A stretch of 64,000 nucleotides of DNA from an uncultured Candidatus Rokubacteria bacterium (GCA_963754315.1 CAVWFS010000013.1:64001-128000); one strand, 5' to 3'. Counted from the stretch's first letter, positions 10,949-21,080 are shown. A program made the numbers and translations. Notes: generated from the sequence alone by a model not told the origin.

Positions 10949-12018
10949 TCAGGGGGCAAGGTCGTCGAGCACAGCCTTGGCCGCGCGAAGATCCTGGGTA
11001 TCGAAGCCCTCGGTGAAGAAGCCGTAGACGTCGGTGAGCGCCCGGCGCGCCTCCTCACGCCGGCCCTCGTCGCGCCACAGACGCGCCAGGCTCGTCGCCG
11101 CGCGCAGCTCGAGCGATTTGAGCTCGCGGCGGCGCGCGAGATCGACGGCCTGCTGGAAGCAGCGCGCGGCGTCGTCCCGCGCGCGCGGCGCCGCACGGAG
11201 CCGTAGCTCGCCTTCGAGTCGGTAGAGCTCGGAGCCGTAGAACCCGGCCCTCTCGGGATCGCCGAGTGCCGCGAGCAGCTCGAGCCCCCGCTCGGGCGCC
11301 CCTGCCTCGCCGTACAACCCGGCGACGATGCACCCACTCAACAGGTAGCGCCAGGTCCGCAGGTCCGCCTTGCCCTGCCCGCGCCGCAGCTCGTCGACCG
11401 TCGCCACGTCGGGACGATCGCCGCGGGCTGCGTAGAGGACCACCGCGACGTCGCGGGCCCGGGCCCAGAAGGCGTGCGCCTCGATGATGGCCATGCACCG
11501 CTGCGCGGCCTCGAGGGCGGCCGAGCGCTCGCCGCGCAGATACAGGATCGAGCTCGCGAACCCCAAGGTCATGGTGGACGACATCGCATGAGCTGGTTCA
11601 CCGTGCCCTCGTAGCGGTGCACCGCCTCCATCATCCGCTCGAGGACGGGATCGAGGATCCGCCGCGCCTCCTCCGGGTCCCGATCGGCGAGCAGCTCCGT
11701 CGAACCCTTCATGTCGGCGAAGAGAACCGTTACCTGCTTGCGCTCACCCTCGACCGCGGTCTTGGAGGTGAGAATGCGCTCGGCCAGGTGCCGGGGCGTG
11801 TAGGTCTCGGGCGAACCGAAGCGGGCGGATGGCACGGCCGCTGCCGGCCTCGTGGCCGGCGTGATCGCGCTCCCACACTCGCCGCAGAACTTCTGCCCGA
11901 GCGGGATGACGGTGCCGCAGCGAGGGCAGCGGCTCGCGAGGCCCGCACCACACTCGCCGCAGAACTTCTGGCCGGTGGCATTCTCGTACCCGCATTCCGG
12001 ACAGGCCGTCACCGGCAC
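10949..12018 (-). pseudogene. Internally deleted double-zinc-ribbon adenylate/guanylate cyclase-ATPase-TPR gene
   Basis: N-terminal CxxC ribbons plus GERKQVTVLFAD...YEGTVNQ break off at ~11585 and join, out of frame, the C-terminal TPR (ELRAATSLARLW...FTEGFDTQDLRAAKAVL). Confidence 0.8.
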
Positions 12019-12066
12019 GCCGCCATGCCCTCCGCGCCGCGGGTCAGCGCCACGATCCGGACGTGA

Positions 12067-12792
12067 TCAGAGGACGCGGAAGCCCTCCTGCCCCACTGGG
12101 TCGTCGATCGCGTGTCGCACGGCCGCCTCGGCGAGGAGAGCCAGGGGACTCACGAGGTCCTTGGCCTCCGCCTCGTCACCCAGGAGCAGCGGAATCTCCG
12201 TACAGCCGAGCACGACGCCGTCAACCCGAGCCGCGCGCAGGCTCGCAACCGCCGAGCGGGCCGCGTCCGTCTCCGCCGGGCCCTCGCCTCCTTCCATGAG
12301 AGCTTGAATCGCGGCGTCCAGGCGGGCCTGCCGCGTGGTGTCGATCGACTCGCAGGCGACGCCCCGCTTGCGGAGCGGCTCGGTGTAGACCGGCGGGGCG
12401 GTCCGGAAGCCCAGCACGCCGACGCGCTGCCAGCCCCGGCGGGCGACCTCCTGGAGCGCGGCATCGACCATGCTGAGGACAGGGCAGCCCGCGGCGTCCT
12501 GGATCTCGGCCAGACCAACGTGGGCCGCGTTACACGGGATGACGAGGAAGTCCACGGCCTTGCCCAGCCACACGCCCGCGTCGACCAGCTCGCGATCGAC
12601 CTGCATGGGGACGATCGGGCGACCGTCGTCGCCGACGCGTACCGGGAGGCGTCGGTGATACCAGACGACCATTGGCGGATAGCCGGCGTTGAAGCTCTGG
12701 GGCACGAGACGCTGACAGACGCGATGCACCCGTGCCTCGAAGTCCATCGTCGCCTGGGGGCTGATCCCGCCCAGCACACCGATCCGTTTCAT
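12067..12792 (-). CDS. Aspartate/glutamate racemase family protein
   Basis: MKRIGVLGGISPQAT, catalytic PCNAAH and GCTEIPL motifs. Confidence 0.9.
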   Translation of the reverse strand: MKRIGVLGGISPQATMDFEARVHRVCQRLVPQSFNAGYPPMVVWYHRRLPVRVGDDGRPIVPMQVDRELVDAGVWLGKAVDFLVIPCNAAHVGLAEIQDAAGCPVLSMVDAALQEVARRGWQRVGVLGFRTAPPVYTEPLRKRGVACESIDTTRQARLDAAIQALMEGGEGPAETDAARSAVASLRAARVDGVVLGCTEIPLLLGDEAEAKDLVSPLALLAEAAVRHAIDDPVGQEGFRVL

Positions 12793-12872
12793 GAGCGCGA
12801 GTCTATCAGTTGGGACGAGCGTTCGTCCGATCGAGCGCCGGCTACCGGCCGCCGATCACCTTGTGCCCTCTA

Positions 12873-14300
12873 CTAGGGAAGGATTGGCCGGCGGGCGGCC
12901 CACGGACGGAGCGTCTCGAAGGCCGCCGCGGCGCGCAGGACTAGCCCATCTTCCAGGCGCCGGCCGACGATCTGTAGACCAACCGGCAAGCCGCTCGCCG
13001 TCCAGCCAGCCGGGATGGAGATCGCGGGCTGACCGCTGTAGTTGAACGGGTAGCAGAGTGTCCAGCCGAGGTGAGTCACCTCACGTCCCGCTACCTCCCG
13101 TGGGCCGACGAGACCAAGCGGGAAGGCCGTCAGGCCAAGGGTCGGAGTCAGCAGCAAGTCATAGCGCTCGAAAAACCGACGCAGCGCATCGACCATCGCC
13201 TGGCGGGCGACGACCGCCCGGAAATAGTCGACCAGGCCGAGGGCCGACGAGGCCTCGGCGTACGCCACCAGCTCAGGATCCATCTGGGCCTTCTGCTCTG
13301 GCGGGCGAGCAGCGTGCGCGCCGGCCTGAGCGCCGCCGTAGAGCGTCCTGAGAATCATGCTCGGATCGCCGAGGTCCGGACTCGCCTCTTCCACTTCCAG
13401 ACCCATCTCCCCGAAGGCACGCGCCGCGGCAGCCGCGATCTCTCGCGTCTCCCGCTCGACCGGAGCAAAGCCGAGATCGGCTGACCAGGCAACCCTGACC
13501 GGTGAGCCGCCGCGCGGTCTGACGAGCGGTTGATCGCAGGCAGCCAGGTAGTCGACGCCGTCGTCGGGCAACGCGAAGGGATCGCGCCGGTCGTAGTGCG
13601 CGATCGCGTTCATCAGAAGCGCCACGTCACGGACGGTGCGGGCCAGGGGACAGACGTGGGCGACCAGCTCATGGCCCCCTGGGGCGGGGTACAGCGGCAC
13701 ACGGCCGAAGGATGGCTTGAGCCCCACGAGCCCGCAGAAGCTGGCCGGGATGCGGATCGAGCCGGCGCCGTCGGAGCCGAGAGCCAGTGGCCCGAGGCCA
13801 GCGGCCACGGCGGCCGCTCCGCCTCCCGTTGAGCCGCCGGGTGTGCGAGTGAGGTCCCAGGGATTGCGCGATTCGCCGAAGAGCGGATTGTCGGTCGAGC
13901 CGCGCCACGCGAACTCTGGCAAATTGGTCCGGCCCACGAAGAGGGCTCCGGCCGCCCGCAAGCGCGCCACGCTCGGCGCGTCCTCCGTCGGAACGAAATC
14001 TGCCAGCAGACGCGAGCCAAACGTGGTGCGGTCGCCCGCTGTCCAGAAGTTGTCCTTGATCGACAGCGGCACGCCGTGCAGGCCGCCGAGCGGCTGGCCG
14101 GCCATGACCCCCTGCTCTGCGCGGCGGGCTTCCTCCAGGGCTCGCTCTGCGTGGATCACGACGTAGGCGCCCAGGCGCCCGTTCAGCTGCTCGATCCGCC
14201 CGAGCACGGCGCGGGTGACCTCGACGGGAGACACCGCACGACGGCGAATCAGCTCGGTCAGCTCGAGGGCTGGAGTGAAGCAGAGGTCGGTAGTGTCCAC
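12873..14300 (-). CDS. Amidase (amidase signature family)
   Basis: GVPLSIKD, PGGSTGG, GSDGAGSIRIPAS; GTG start after AGGAGG. Confidence 0.9.
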   Translation of the reverse strand: MDTTDLCFTPALELTELIRRRAVSPVEVTRAVLGRIEQLNGRLGAYVVIHAERALEEARRAEQGVMAGQPLGGLHGVPLSIKDNFWTAGDRTTFGSRLLADFVPTEDAPSVARLRAAGALFVGRTNLPEFAWRGSTDNPLFGESRNPWDLTRTPGGSTGGGAAAVAAGLGPLALGSDGAGSIRIPASFCGLVGLKPSFGRVPLYPAPGGHELVAHVCPLARTVRDVALLMNAIAHYDRRDPFALPDDGVDYLAACDQPLVRPRGGSPVRVAWSADLGFAPVERETREIAAAAARAFGEMGLEVEEASPDLGDPSMILRTLYGGAQAGAHAARPPEQKAQMDPELVAYAEASSALGLVDYFRAVVARQAMVDALRRFFERYDLLLTPTLGLTAFPLGLVGPREVAGREVTHLGWTLCYPFNYSGQPAISIPAGWTASGLPVGLQIVGRRLEDGLVLRAAAAFETLRPWAARRPILP

Positions 14301-14307
14301 AGCGCCT

Positions 14308-16677
14308 CTATCCTCCTGCTCCGTCGCCTCGCCTGGTCGACCTTGAGCGCAGCGCTTCCGCCAGACGCCACGCGGTGAACGGCTGACGGCCGGCGCCGAC
14401 ACCAAGCGGGGCCAGCGCATCGGCCACGGCGTTCGCGATCGCCGCCGAGGCGCCCATCACCCCGCCCTCGGCCATTCCCTTGATTCCCAGCGGCGTGTTC
14501 GGGTCTGGGCGCTCGAGGTGCTCCACCTCCAGGGCCGGGACACTTGTGGACGTCGGCACGGCATAATCCAGGAACGTCGCGCTGAGGTTCTGCCCGTCGG
14601 CGGTGTAGACGACCTCTTCACAAATGGCGCCGCCGATCCCCTGCGCGGTCGCACCGTGAAGCTGCCCCTCCACGACGCGCGGGTTCAGCATCCGCCCGCA
14701 ATCCTCGACAATCGTGTAACGCCCAATTGTCAGCGCGCCCGTCTCGGGGTCGATCTCGACCTCGCAGAGGTGAGTCCCGCTCGAGAACGTCAGGGCCGGC
14801 GGGTCGAACGCGTGGACAGCCTCGAGGCCGGGTTCCAACCCCGGCGGCAGCTCGGTCGGAGCGAGGTACGCCGTCCGGGCCAGTTGCGCGATCGTCACTC
14901 CCGACGCCGGTGCCCCCCGCACGTAGACGCGCCCGTCCTCCAGTTCCAGATCGTCGACAGGGGCTTCCAGCACGTGCGCGGCGATCCGGAGCAGCTTCTG
15001 CTTCAGAATGCGCGCCGCCCCGAGCGCGGCGCCGGCGCTCACCACTCCACCACGGCTCCCGCGCGTGCCCATCCCGTACGGCGCCGCGGCCGTGTCACCC
15101 GCGTGAACTCGAACCGTCTCGATCGGAACCGCCAGCGCATCGGCCAGCACCTGGGCAACTGTGGTCAGATGTCCTTGCCCCTGACTGACAACGCCGATCT
15201 GAGCCGAGACGGCGCCGCTTGGCTCCATGCGGACGATCGCGGCATCGTGACCAGAACCGGGAATGCCAGCCGTCTTGTAGAAGTCGGAGCCGTACGTGTT
15301 CGGCTCGACGTAGGTCGCCACCCCGATCCCGGCGATGCGTCCCGCGGAGCGTGCGTTGGCCTGCTCCCGTCGCCGGTCGGCATAGTCGAAGACGGCAAGG
15401 GCGCGCTCCAGGGTTTCGCGCGGGTAGACCGACCGATAGGTCAGCTCGGTCGCCGTCGTGTAGGGCAGATCGGACTCGGAGAGCATGTTCCGGCGTCGGA
15501 CCTCGATCGGGTCCAGCCGCAGCGCTCGCGCCACTGCGTCGACCGTCCCCTCGGTGACCCAGCTACAGATGAGCATCGGAGCGCGGTAAGGACCGGCCGG
15601 GCACTTGCTCGTCAGGACGGCCGTGATCGCATAGCGGTAGTTGCGGAGCCGGTAGGCGCCAGGAATCATCATGCCGACGACGCGCGCCATGTAGTTGGCC
15701 GGGAAGTACGCGTAGGCCCCGAAGTCGGTGAGGATGTGGACGTCGAGGCCGAGGATCGTGCCGTCCAGCCTTACCGCGGCTCGGACGTCGACAATGTCCT
15801 CGCGGGCGTGCAGCGCCGCGAGCAGATTCTCGCGTCGGGTTTCGATCCAGCGTACCGGGCGGCCCAGCATCCGCGAGGCCACGGCCGTGGTCAGCTCCTC
15901 GCGGTAGAGGGGAATCTTCTGGCCGAAGCCACCACCGACGTCCGGGGTGATCACCCGCACCGAGCTCTCTGGAATGCCTATCCGCGTGGCCAGTGCCGAG
16001 CGCATCGGATGCGGGATCTGAGTCGAGTGCCAGAACGTCAGCATCTCCTCGCCAGCCTGCCAGCTCGCCAGACAGCCGCGCGGCTCCATCGGGGCGTGCG
16101 TCTGGCGGCCCTGGTGAAAGCGCGCGTGCACTACCTGCTCGGCGCCATCCAGAGCGGCCTCGACGTCGCCGTGGGCAAAGACGCCCTGGTACGCGCGGTT
16201 GGCCGGAATGGTCTCGTCAACCAGCGGCAGGCCAGCGTCCTGGGCGTGCTCGGGATCGACCACGGCCGGCAGGGGCACATACTCGACGTCGACGAGCGCG
16301 CACGCGTCCTCGACCCGGTAACGGTCCTCGCCGATCACGCACGCGACGAGGTCGCCGACGAAGCGGACCTTGTCTGTCGGCATGGTCAACATCTGCATCG
16401 GCAGCAACCCCTCGATCGGCGGCGCGATCCTGAGGGGCGCCGTTGCGCGGGCCAGGTCCTCACCGGTCAGCACGGCCACGATGCCTGGAGCCTGGCGCGC
16501 AGCCTCGATGTCGATCCGACCAATCCGGGCATGGGCGAAAGGACTGCGCACGAAGGCGGCGTGCAGCAGGCCCGGCGCCGTCAGGTCGCCGATATAGCTG
16601 CCGCGCCCGAGGACCAGCTTGCGCGTCTCTCGCGGGCTCAGCGCGGCGCCGACGTATCTCTTCTGCTGTTCGCTCAC
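14308..16677 (-). CDS. Xanthine dehydrogenase/CoxL-like molybdopterin-binding large subunit
   Basis: 789 aa; VGGGFGQK, SQGQGH, DCGRMLNP, GQLHG, KGMAEGG. Confidence 0.9.
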   Translation of the reverse strand: MSEQQKRYVGAALSPRETRKLVLGRGSYIGDLTAPGLLHAAFVRSPFAHARIGRIDIEAARQAPGIVAVLTGEDLARATAPLRIAPPIEGLLPMQMLTMPTDKVRFVGDLVACVIGEDRYRVEDACALVDVEYVPLPAVVDPEHAQDAGLPLVDETIPANRAYQGVFAHGDVEAALDGAEQVVHARFHQGRQTHAPMEPRGCLASWQAGEEMLTFWHSTQIPHPMRSALATRIGIPESSVRVITPDVGGGFGQKIPLYREELTTAVASRMLGRPVRWIETRRENLLAALHAREDIVDVRAAVRLDGTILGLDVHILTDFGAYAYFPANYMARVVGMMIPGAYRLRNYRYAITAVLTSKCPAGPYRAPMLICSWVTEGTVDAVARALRLDPIEVRRRNMLSESDLPYTTATELTYRSVYPRETLERALAVFDYADRRREQANARSAGRIAGIGVATYVEPNTYGSDFYKTAGIPGSGHDAAIVRMEPSGAVSAQIGVVSQGQGHLTTVAQVLADALAVPIETVRVHAGDTAAAPYGMGTRGSRGGVVSAGAALGAARILKQKLLRIAAHVLEAPVDDLELEDGRVYVRGAPASGVTIAQLARTAYLAPTELPPGLEPGLEAVHAFDPPALTFSSGTHLCEVEIDPETGALTIGRYTIVEDCGRMLNPRVVEGQLHGATAQGIGGAICEEVVYTADGQNLSATFLDYAVPTSTSVPALEVEHLERPDPNTPLGIKGMAEGGVMGASAAIANAVADALAPLGVGAGRQPFTAWRLAEALRSRSTRRGDGAGG

Positions 16678-16800
16678 CGGTGGGCCAGCCTAGCATGGGC
16701 TGGCCGGTGTCCCCACGCTACCTGGGTGCTCGGAGCAGAACGCTATCCCTTCCGACACGGCTCGGCTATCTTGTGAGGCATACGCGAGAGGGCGGTTGAC

Positions 16801-17259
16801 ATGCGGCACACGCGGAAGAACATCATCGACCGGACGCGGCGCGAATTCACTCTGCTCGATAGGCTCGTGAGCCGGCTGCGCCCGGCGGACTGGAATCGGC
16901 GTGTTCCGCGCCCCCCGACGCGCGACCCATGGACGGTCAAGGATGCCCTCGCCCACATCGTCTACTGGAAGGAGCACACGGCGCGCGTCATCCGCGGCGA
17001 GCGGCGCCTCCCCGAGATGCGCGGTCTCGACGTGAACGAGATCAACCGCGTCATCTACGAGCGCTGGCGTCGCCGGCGGCCGAGCGAGGTCGTCGCGTGG
17101 CATCGTCGCGTCCACGAGGAGGTGCTGCGGACGTTGGCGCGGACGCCGGACGAGTGGATCGGTCGTCGCGACCGCTCGCCGCAGTGGCCGGCCGACCTCG
17201 ATGGCCACTCGGCCGCCCATCGCGTGAAGGACATCGAAGGAGCGCTCGGCAAAACCTGA
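16801..17259 (+). CDS. DinB-like/maleylpyruvate isomerase N-terminal four-helix bundle protein
   Basis: WTVKDALAHIVYW and C-terminal HSAAH. Confidence 0.75.
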   Translation: MRHTRKNIIDRTRREFTLLDRLVSRLRPADWNRRVPRPPTRDPWTVKDALAHIVYWKEHTARVIRGERRLPEMRGLDVNEINRVIYERWRRRRPSEVVAWHRRVHEEVLRTLARTPDEWIGRRDRSPQWPADLDGHSAAHRVKDIEGALGKT

Positions 17260-17342
17260 CAGCCCGCCAAGGCACGCGATCTTCGCGACGGGTATCGAGG
17301 GATCTTTAGCCAGGACACGGAGCCCCTCGAGCGGCGGCCGGC

Positions 17343-17825
17343 TCAGGCGGGGAGTTTGCCCTCGCCGAGGCGCGCATGGTTTCGCTTCGGTACGAGGGCC
17401 GTGCGGCGGAACGTCATCACCCGCTCGCCCCGCTGGTTGGTGACGCGGGTCTCCACGCTCACGATGCCGCGGTCACCCTGCGATGACTCGCGGGCGGCGA
17501 GGACCGTCGACTCCGAGTAGATCGTGTCGCCGATGAACGTGGGCGCCTCGTGGGTGATGCGCTCGATCTCGAGGTTGGCGATCGCCTTGCCCGAGATGTC
17601 CGCCACGGTCATGCCGATGCCGATCGAGAAGACGAGCGGTCCCAGCACCACGCGCTGCCCGTGCTGGGTGTGCGTCTCGGCGTAGTGGGCGTCGGAGTGA
17701 AGCGGATGCTGGTTCATCGTGAGCAGCGCGAACCAGGTGCAATCCGCCTCGGTGATGGTCCGTCCCGGCCAGTGCCGGATGACTTGCCCCTCACTGAACT
17801 CCTCGAAGTAGCGGCCGAACGGCAT
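17343..17825 (-). CDS. MaoC family dehydratase
   Basis: MPFGRYFEEF..GRTITEAD..TMNQHPLHSDAHYA..PTFIGDTI. Confidence 0.9.
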   Translation of the reverse strand: MPFGRYFEEFSEGQVIRHWPGRTITEADCTWFALLTMNQHPLHSDAHYAETHTQHGQRVVLGPLVFSIGIGMTVADISGKAIANLEIERITHEAPTFIGDTIYSESTVLAARESSQGDRGIVSVETRVTNQRGERVMTFRRTALVPKRNHARLGEGKLPA

Positions 17826-17827
17826 CG

Positions 17828-20047
17828 TCAGCCTCTCCCGCGGGCCGCGATGGCCGCCGCCAGCTCGCGGCGCAGCGTGTCGTCGGGGGCGGGCACGAGC
17901 ATCAAGCGTGCGGCGTCGCGATAGTATCGCTCGATCGGGAACTCGCTCACGTAGCCGTAGCCGCCGTGGATGCGCATGGCCTCGAGCGTCGTCTCGTAGG
18001 CTGTGGTGGACGCCCAGAGCCGCGCCATCGTCGCCGCCTCCAGCTCTGGGCCGTGCGCCTCTCCAGACTCCGCGGCGTGGGACGTGAGCAGGCGTGAGGC
18101 GGTGATGCGGCTCGCCATGTCGGCGAGCTTCAGCTGGACGGCCTGGTGCTGCGCGAGAGGCTTGCCGAATGTCGTACGCTGCTGGGCGTACCGGAGGGCG
18201 GCCTCGAACGCGGCTTGGGCGAGGCCAGTGGCCGTCGCGGCGACCGCGAGGCACGCGACCGCTCGGCTGCGGCCGTCATCCTCGAGCACCGCCGCCGTGG
18301 AGAGCCGCGCGTCATCGAAGGCGATCGAGCACGCATCGAGACCGCGCTGGCCGAGCGTGGCGCCCACGGCTCGGCGGGCGACGCCGGCGGTCGCGGTCTC
18401 CACCACGCAGGTCAGCCGGCCGCCGCGCGGATCGGTGGCGGCGAGCACGATCAGATCCGCGTGCGCTCCGTTATCCACCAGGGCGGTGGAGCCCCTCAGG
18501 ACGATGTCGCCCGCGTCGGTGTGGGCCCTCACCGCCCCGCCGAACACGGAGGCGCCCATCCGCTCGCCCCGCGTCATCGCCGGCAGGAGCGCTTCGCGAG
18601 TGCCGTGTGGCGCGAAGCGATCGAGCGCATAGCTCGCCACGAGATGGCCTGCGACGATGGATGCCACGGTCGTCCATCCCCGCGCGAGCTCTTCGAGGAT
18701 CATGACCGTGGTGGCCAGGTCGAGACCGAGCCCGCCGAGGTCGGGGCCCACCAGGGCGCCGAGTAACCCCAGCCCGGCGAGCTCAGCGACGAGGGCGTCC
18801 GGGCGGCGTCCTGCCCGTTCGAGATCGCCCGCCACCGGCGCCAGACTCTTGTCGACGAACTGGCGGACCATGAGCACGAGCTGCCGACGTTCGTCCGGCT
18901 CCTGCTCGCGTGAGGTGAGCGCGCCGGGACGCTCCCCGTAGCGGTCGACGAGCTGGCGAGCAATCAGGGTTCGCTGGATCTCGTTCGTGCCCTCACCGAT
19001 GATCATGAGCGGCGTGTCGCGATAGTGGCGCTCGACCGTGTGCTCGGCGAGCGTCCCCGCCTCTCCGAGGACGCGGATGGCCGCGACCGCGACGGTCTGC
19101 GCGATCTCCGAGGCGAGGAGCTTCGCCATCCCGGCCTCGAGATCGCAACGCTCGCTCCGGTCCTTCATGCCCCCGGCCCAGTAGGTGATGAGCCGGGACG
19201 CCGCCACGCCAGTCGCGATGTCCGCCAGCTCGGGCGGCGACTCGCCATGGGTGGCCGCCCATCCAGCGGCGTCCTCGAGCGCCGCCTGCGCAACGCCGAC
19301 GCAGCGCGCCGCGATGTTGATCCGACCGGCCTCCAGTCCGCTCATGACCTGCGAGAACCCGCGGCCCTCGACGCCGCCCACCAGGTTGGCGACGGGCACG
19401 ACGTAGTCCTCGAAGTAGAGCTCGACGGTGTCGACGCCCTTGTAGCCCAGCTTCGAGAGCGACTTCACGACCCGGAAGCCGGGATGTCCCTTCTCGGCGA
19501 CGAAGCACGACATCCCGCGGTGGCGCGGCTGCGCCGACGGATCCGTCACCGCGAGCAGGGCGAAGGCATTGCCCTCGCGGCCGTTCGTGATGAACATCTT
19601 GCTGCCGTTCACGACGTAGTGCTCGCCGTCGCGGCGCGCGCGCGTGCGGATGGCCTGAACATCGGAACCCGCATGCGGCTCGGTGAGGCAGAGACCGCCG
19701 CGGAGCTCGCCGCGCGCGAAAGGCGGCAGGAAGCGGCGGCGCTGCTCGTCGGTCCCGTGCGTGGAGACGATCAGCGCCATCATCGTGTGGCTGTTGATCA
19801 CGCCCGCGAGCGACATCCAGCCCCGGCAGAGCTCCTCGATCACGCGCGCGTAGACGCTGACCGGCAGATTGAGCCCCCCATACTCCCGCGGCACGAGACA
19901 GCCGAAGAGCCCGAGCTCCTGCATGCGCCCGACAAGCCCGTGAGGGTAGCGATCCGCATGATCCAGCGCGCACGCCACCGGCTTCACCTCGTCCTCGACG
20001 AAGCGACGGACCGCGCCGACGAGGGGATGCCGGGCCGGATCGGCCAT
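17828..20047 (-). CDS. Fused tandem (two-domain) acyl-CoA dehydrogenase
   Basis: ~740 aa; two ACAD folds (LTEPHAGSD, KMFITNG, IGEGTNEIQR; then QRTTFGKPL, IHGGYGYVSEFPIERYYRDA). Confidence 0.88.
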   Translation of the reverse strand: MADPARHPLVGAVRRFVEDEVKPVACALDHADRYPHGLVGRMQELGLFGCLVPREYGGLNLPVSVYARVIEELCRGWMSLAGVINSHTMMALIVSTHGTDEQRRRFLPPFARGELRGGLCLTEPHAGSDVQAIRTRARRDGEHYVVNGSKMFITNGREGNAFALLAVTDPSAQPRHRGMSCFVAEKGHPGFRVVKSLSKLGYKGVDTVELYFEDYVVPVANLVGGVEGRGFSQVMSGLEAGRINIAARCVGVAQAALEDAAGWAATHGESPPELADIATGVAASRLITYWAGGMKDRSERCDLEAGMAKLLASEIAQTVAVAAIRVLGEAGTLAEHTVERHYRDTPLMIIGEGTNEIQRTLIARQLVDRYGERPGALTSREQEPDERRQLVLMVRQFVDKSLAPVAGDLERAGRRPDALVAELAGLGLLGALVGPDLGGLGLDLATTVMILEELARGWTTVASIVAGHLVASYALDRFAPHGTREALLPAMTRGERMGASVFGGAVRAHTDAGDIVLRGSTALVDNGAHADLIVLAATDPRGGRLTCVVETATAGVARRAVGATLGQRGLDACSIAFDDARLSTAAVLEDDGRSRAVACLAVAATATGLAQAAFEAALRYAQQRTTFGKPLAQHQAVQLKLADMASRITASRLLTSHAAESGEAHGPELEAATMARLWASTTAYETTLEAMRIHGGYGYVSEFPIERYYRDAARLMLVPAPDDTLRRELAAAIAARGRG

Positions 20048-20136
20048 GCGCTGATAGTACACTGGCGCAGTCGCTGCTACCGATGCCGGCTCCGCCAAAG
20101 GCGCTACAATGCGAGCGGCGTGAAGGCGTCTTCACC

Positions 20137-20775
20137 ATGACCCTGGCGCGCGGCACCGACCGGCTGGAGTCGGCTCGCCTCGTGCTGCGCCGGGTCGCGC
20201 CGGACGACCTGCCGTTTTTCACTCGCATCCACGCACTCCCCGAAGTCGCCCAGCATCTCTATCCCGGAGGCCGGCCGCGATCGCCCGAAGAGACGGCCGA
20301 ATGGTTGCAGTACACTCTCGCGAGCTATGAGCAGCTCGCGCTCGGCTATCTCGCTGTCCTGCGCAAGGAAGACGGAGCGCTGATAGGGCGCTGCGGCTTG
20401 ATGGACCTCGTTGTCGAATCCGCGGCACCCGAGCACGGGATTCGCAGAGGATGGTTCGGGCGCGAACAGGCGCCCGCTGGCGTCGCGCTGACATTCGAGT
20501 GTGAACTCGGCTACACGTTCGACCCCGCCGTCTGGGGGCAGGGTTTCGCGACCGAAGCGGCGCGTTGCGTGCGTGACTACGCGCGCGACGTTCTGCGGCT
20601 GTCGTACGCGATCTCGGCCATTCTTCCGCAGAACGCCCGCTCGCGGCGCGTCGCCGAACGGTCGGGCGCGCGAGCCGCCGGCCAAATGGAAGTGGTCGGT
20701 CTCACGTGGGATCGCTACGTGTGGCCGCTCGCGTCAGGCCGCGCGGCTCAGCTCCAGCCACCATCCACCGAATAG
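20137..20775 (+). CDS. GNAT (RimJ/RimL-like) N-acetyltransferase
   Basis: LESARLVLRR, ELGYTF..WGQGFATEAA, N.RSRRVAER. Confidence 0.88.
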   Translation: MTLARGTDRLESARLVLRRVAPDDLPFFTRIHALPEVAQHLYPGGRPRSPEETAEWLQYTLASYEQLALGYLAVLRKEDGALIGRCGLMDLVVESAAPEHGIRRGWFGREQAPAGVALTFECELGYTFDPAVWGQGFATEAARCVRDYARDVLRLSYAISAILPQNARSRRVAERSGARAAGQMEVVGLTWDRYVWPLASGRAAQLQPPSTE

Positions 20776-20779
20776 GCAT

Positions 20780-20922
20780 GGCCCGTACAGGCGCGCGCGG
20801 CGACGCTGGAAGCCCAGCACCAGCCGCACGACACGCTGTAGCACCGCTCACGCCAGCGCGTGGTCCCAGCGCCAGCGGCTAGCGAAGACGCACGGAAGAC
20901 TCAGCACCGCCCTAGCGCACAT
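20780..20922 (-). pseudogene. Decayed IS91-family-like transposase fragment
   Basis: With small indels reads like VRQWVLSLP.RLR.LLAWDHALARAVL..VVR.VLGFQRRRAR; contains stop codons; recognised from memory of the family. Confidence 0.55.
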
Positions 20923-21080
20923 GACGGCCACGGAGAGAGCGACCTGCTGCACCCGGTGGTGGAGATCAAGGGCTACCGGCGCGAGGACGCCAAGGAGAAG
21001 ACCAGGCCTACCGGATCGGACGCCGACTTCAAGGCCCAGGGTGGGGCGCGAGTTCGACGCCATGATCGAGCGCGCCGGCC
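20923..21080 (+). pseudogene. Type III restriction endonuclease (Res) C-terminal remnant
   Basis: DGHGESDLLHPVVEIKGYRREDAKEK (ExK nuclease motif), then DFKAQ/VGREFDAMIERA, resembling a Res C-terminus. Confidence 0.65.

Noticed and set aside
14308..16677. Aerobic CO dehydrogenase CoxL (form I)
   Set aside because: Lacks AYxCSFR; no coxM/coxS or accessory genes
14518..16776. Long antisense ORFs (e.g. 752 aa here, 23602-25344, 27482-28966, 58668-60098)
   Set aside because: Shadow frames of real genes, expected in high-GC DNA; no motifs
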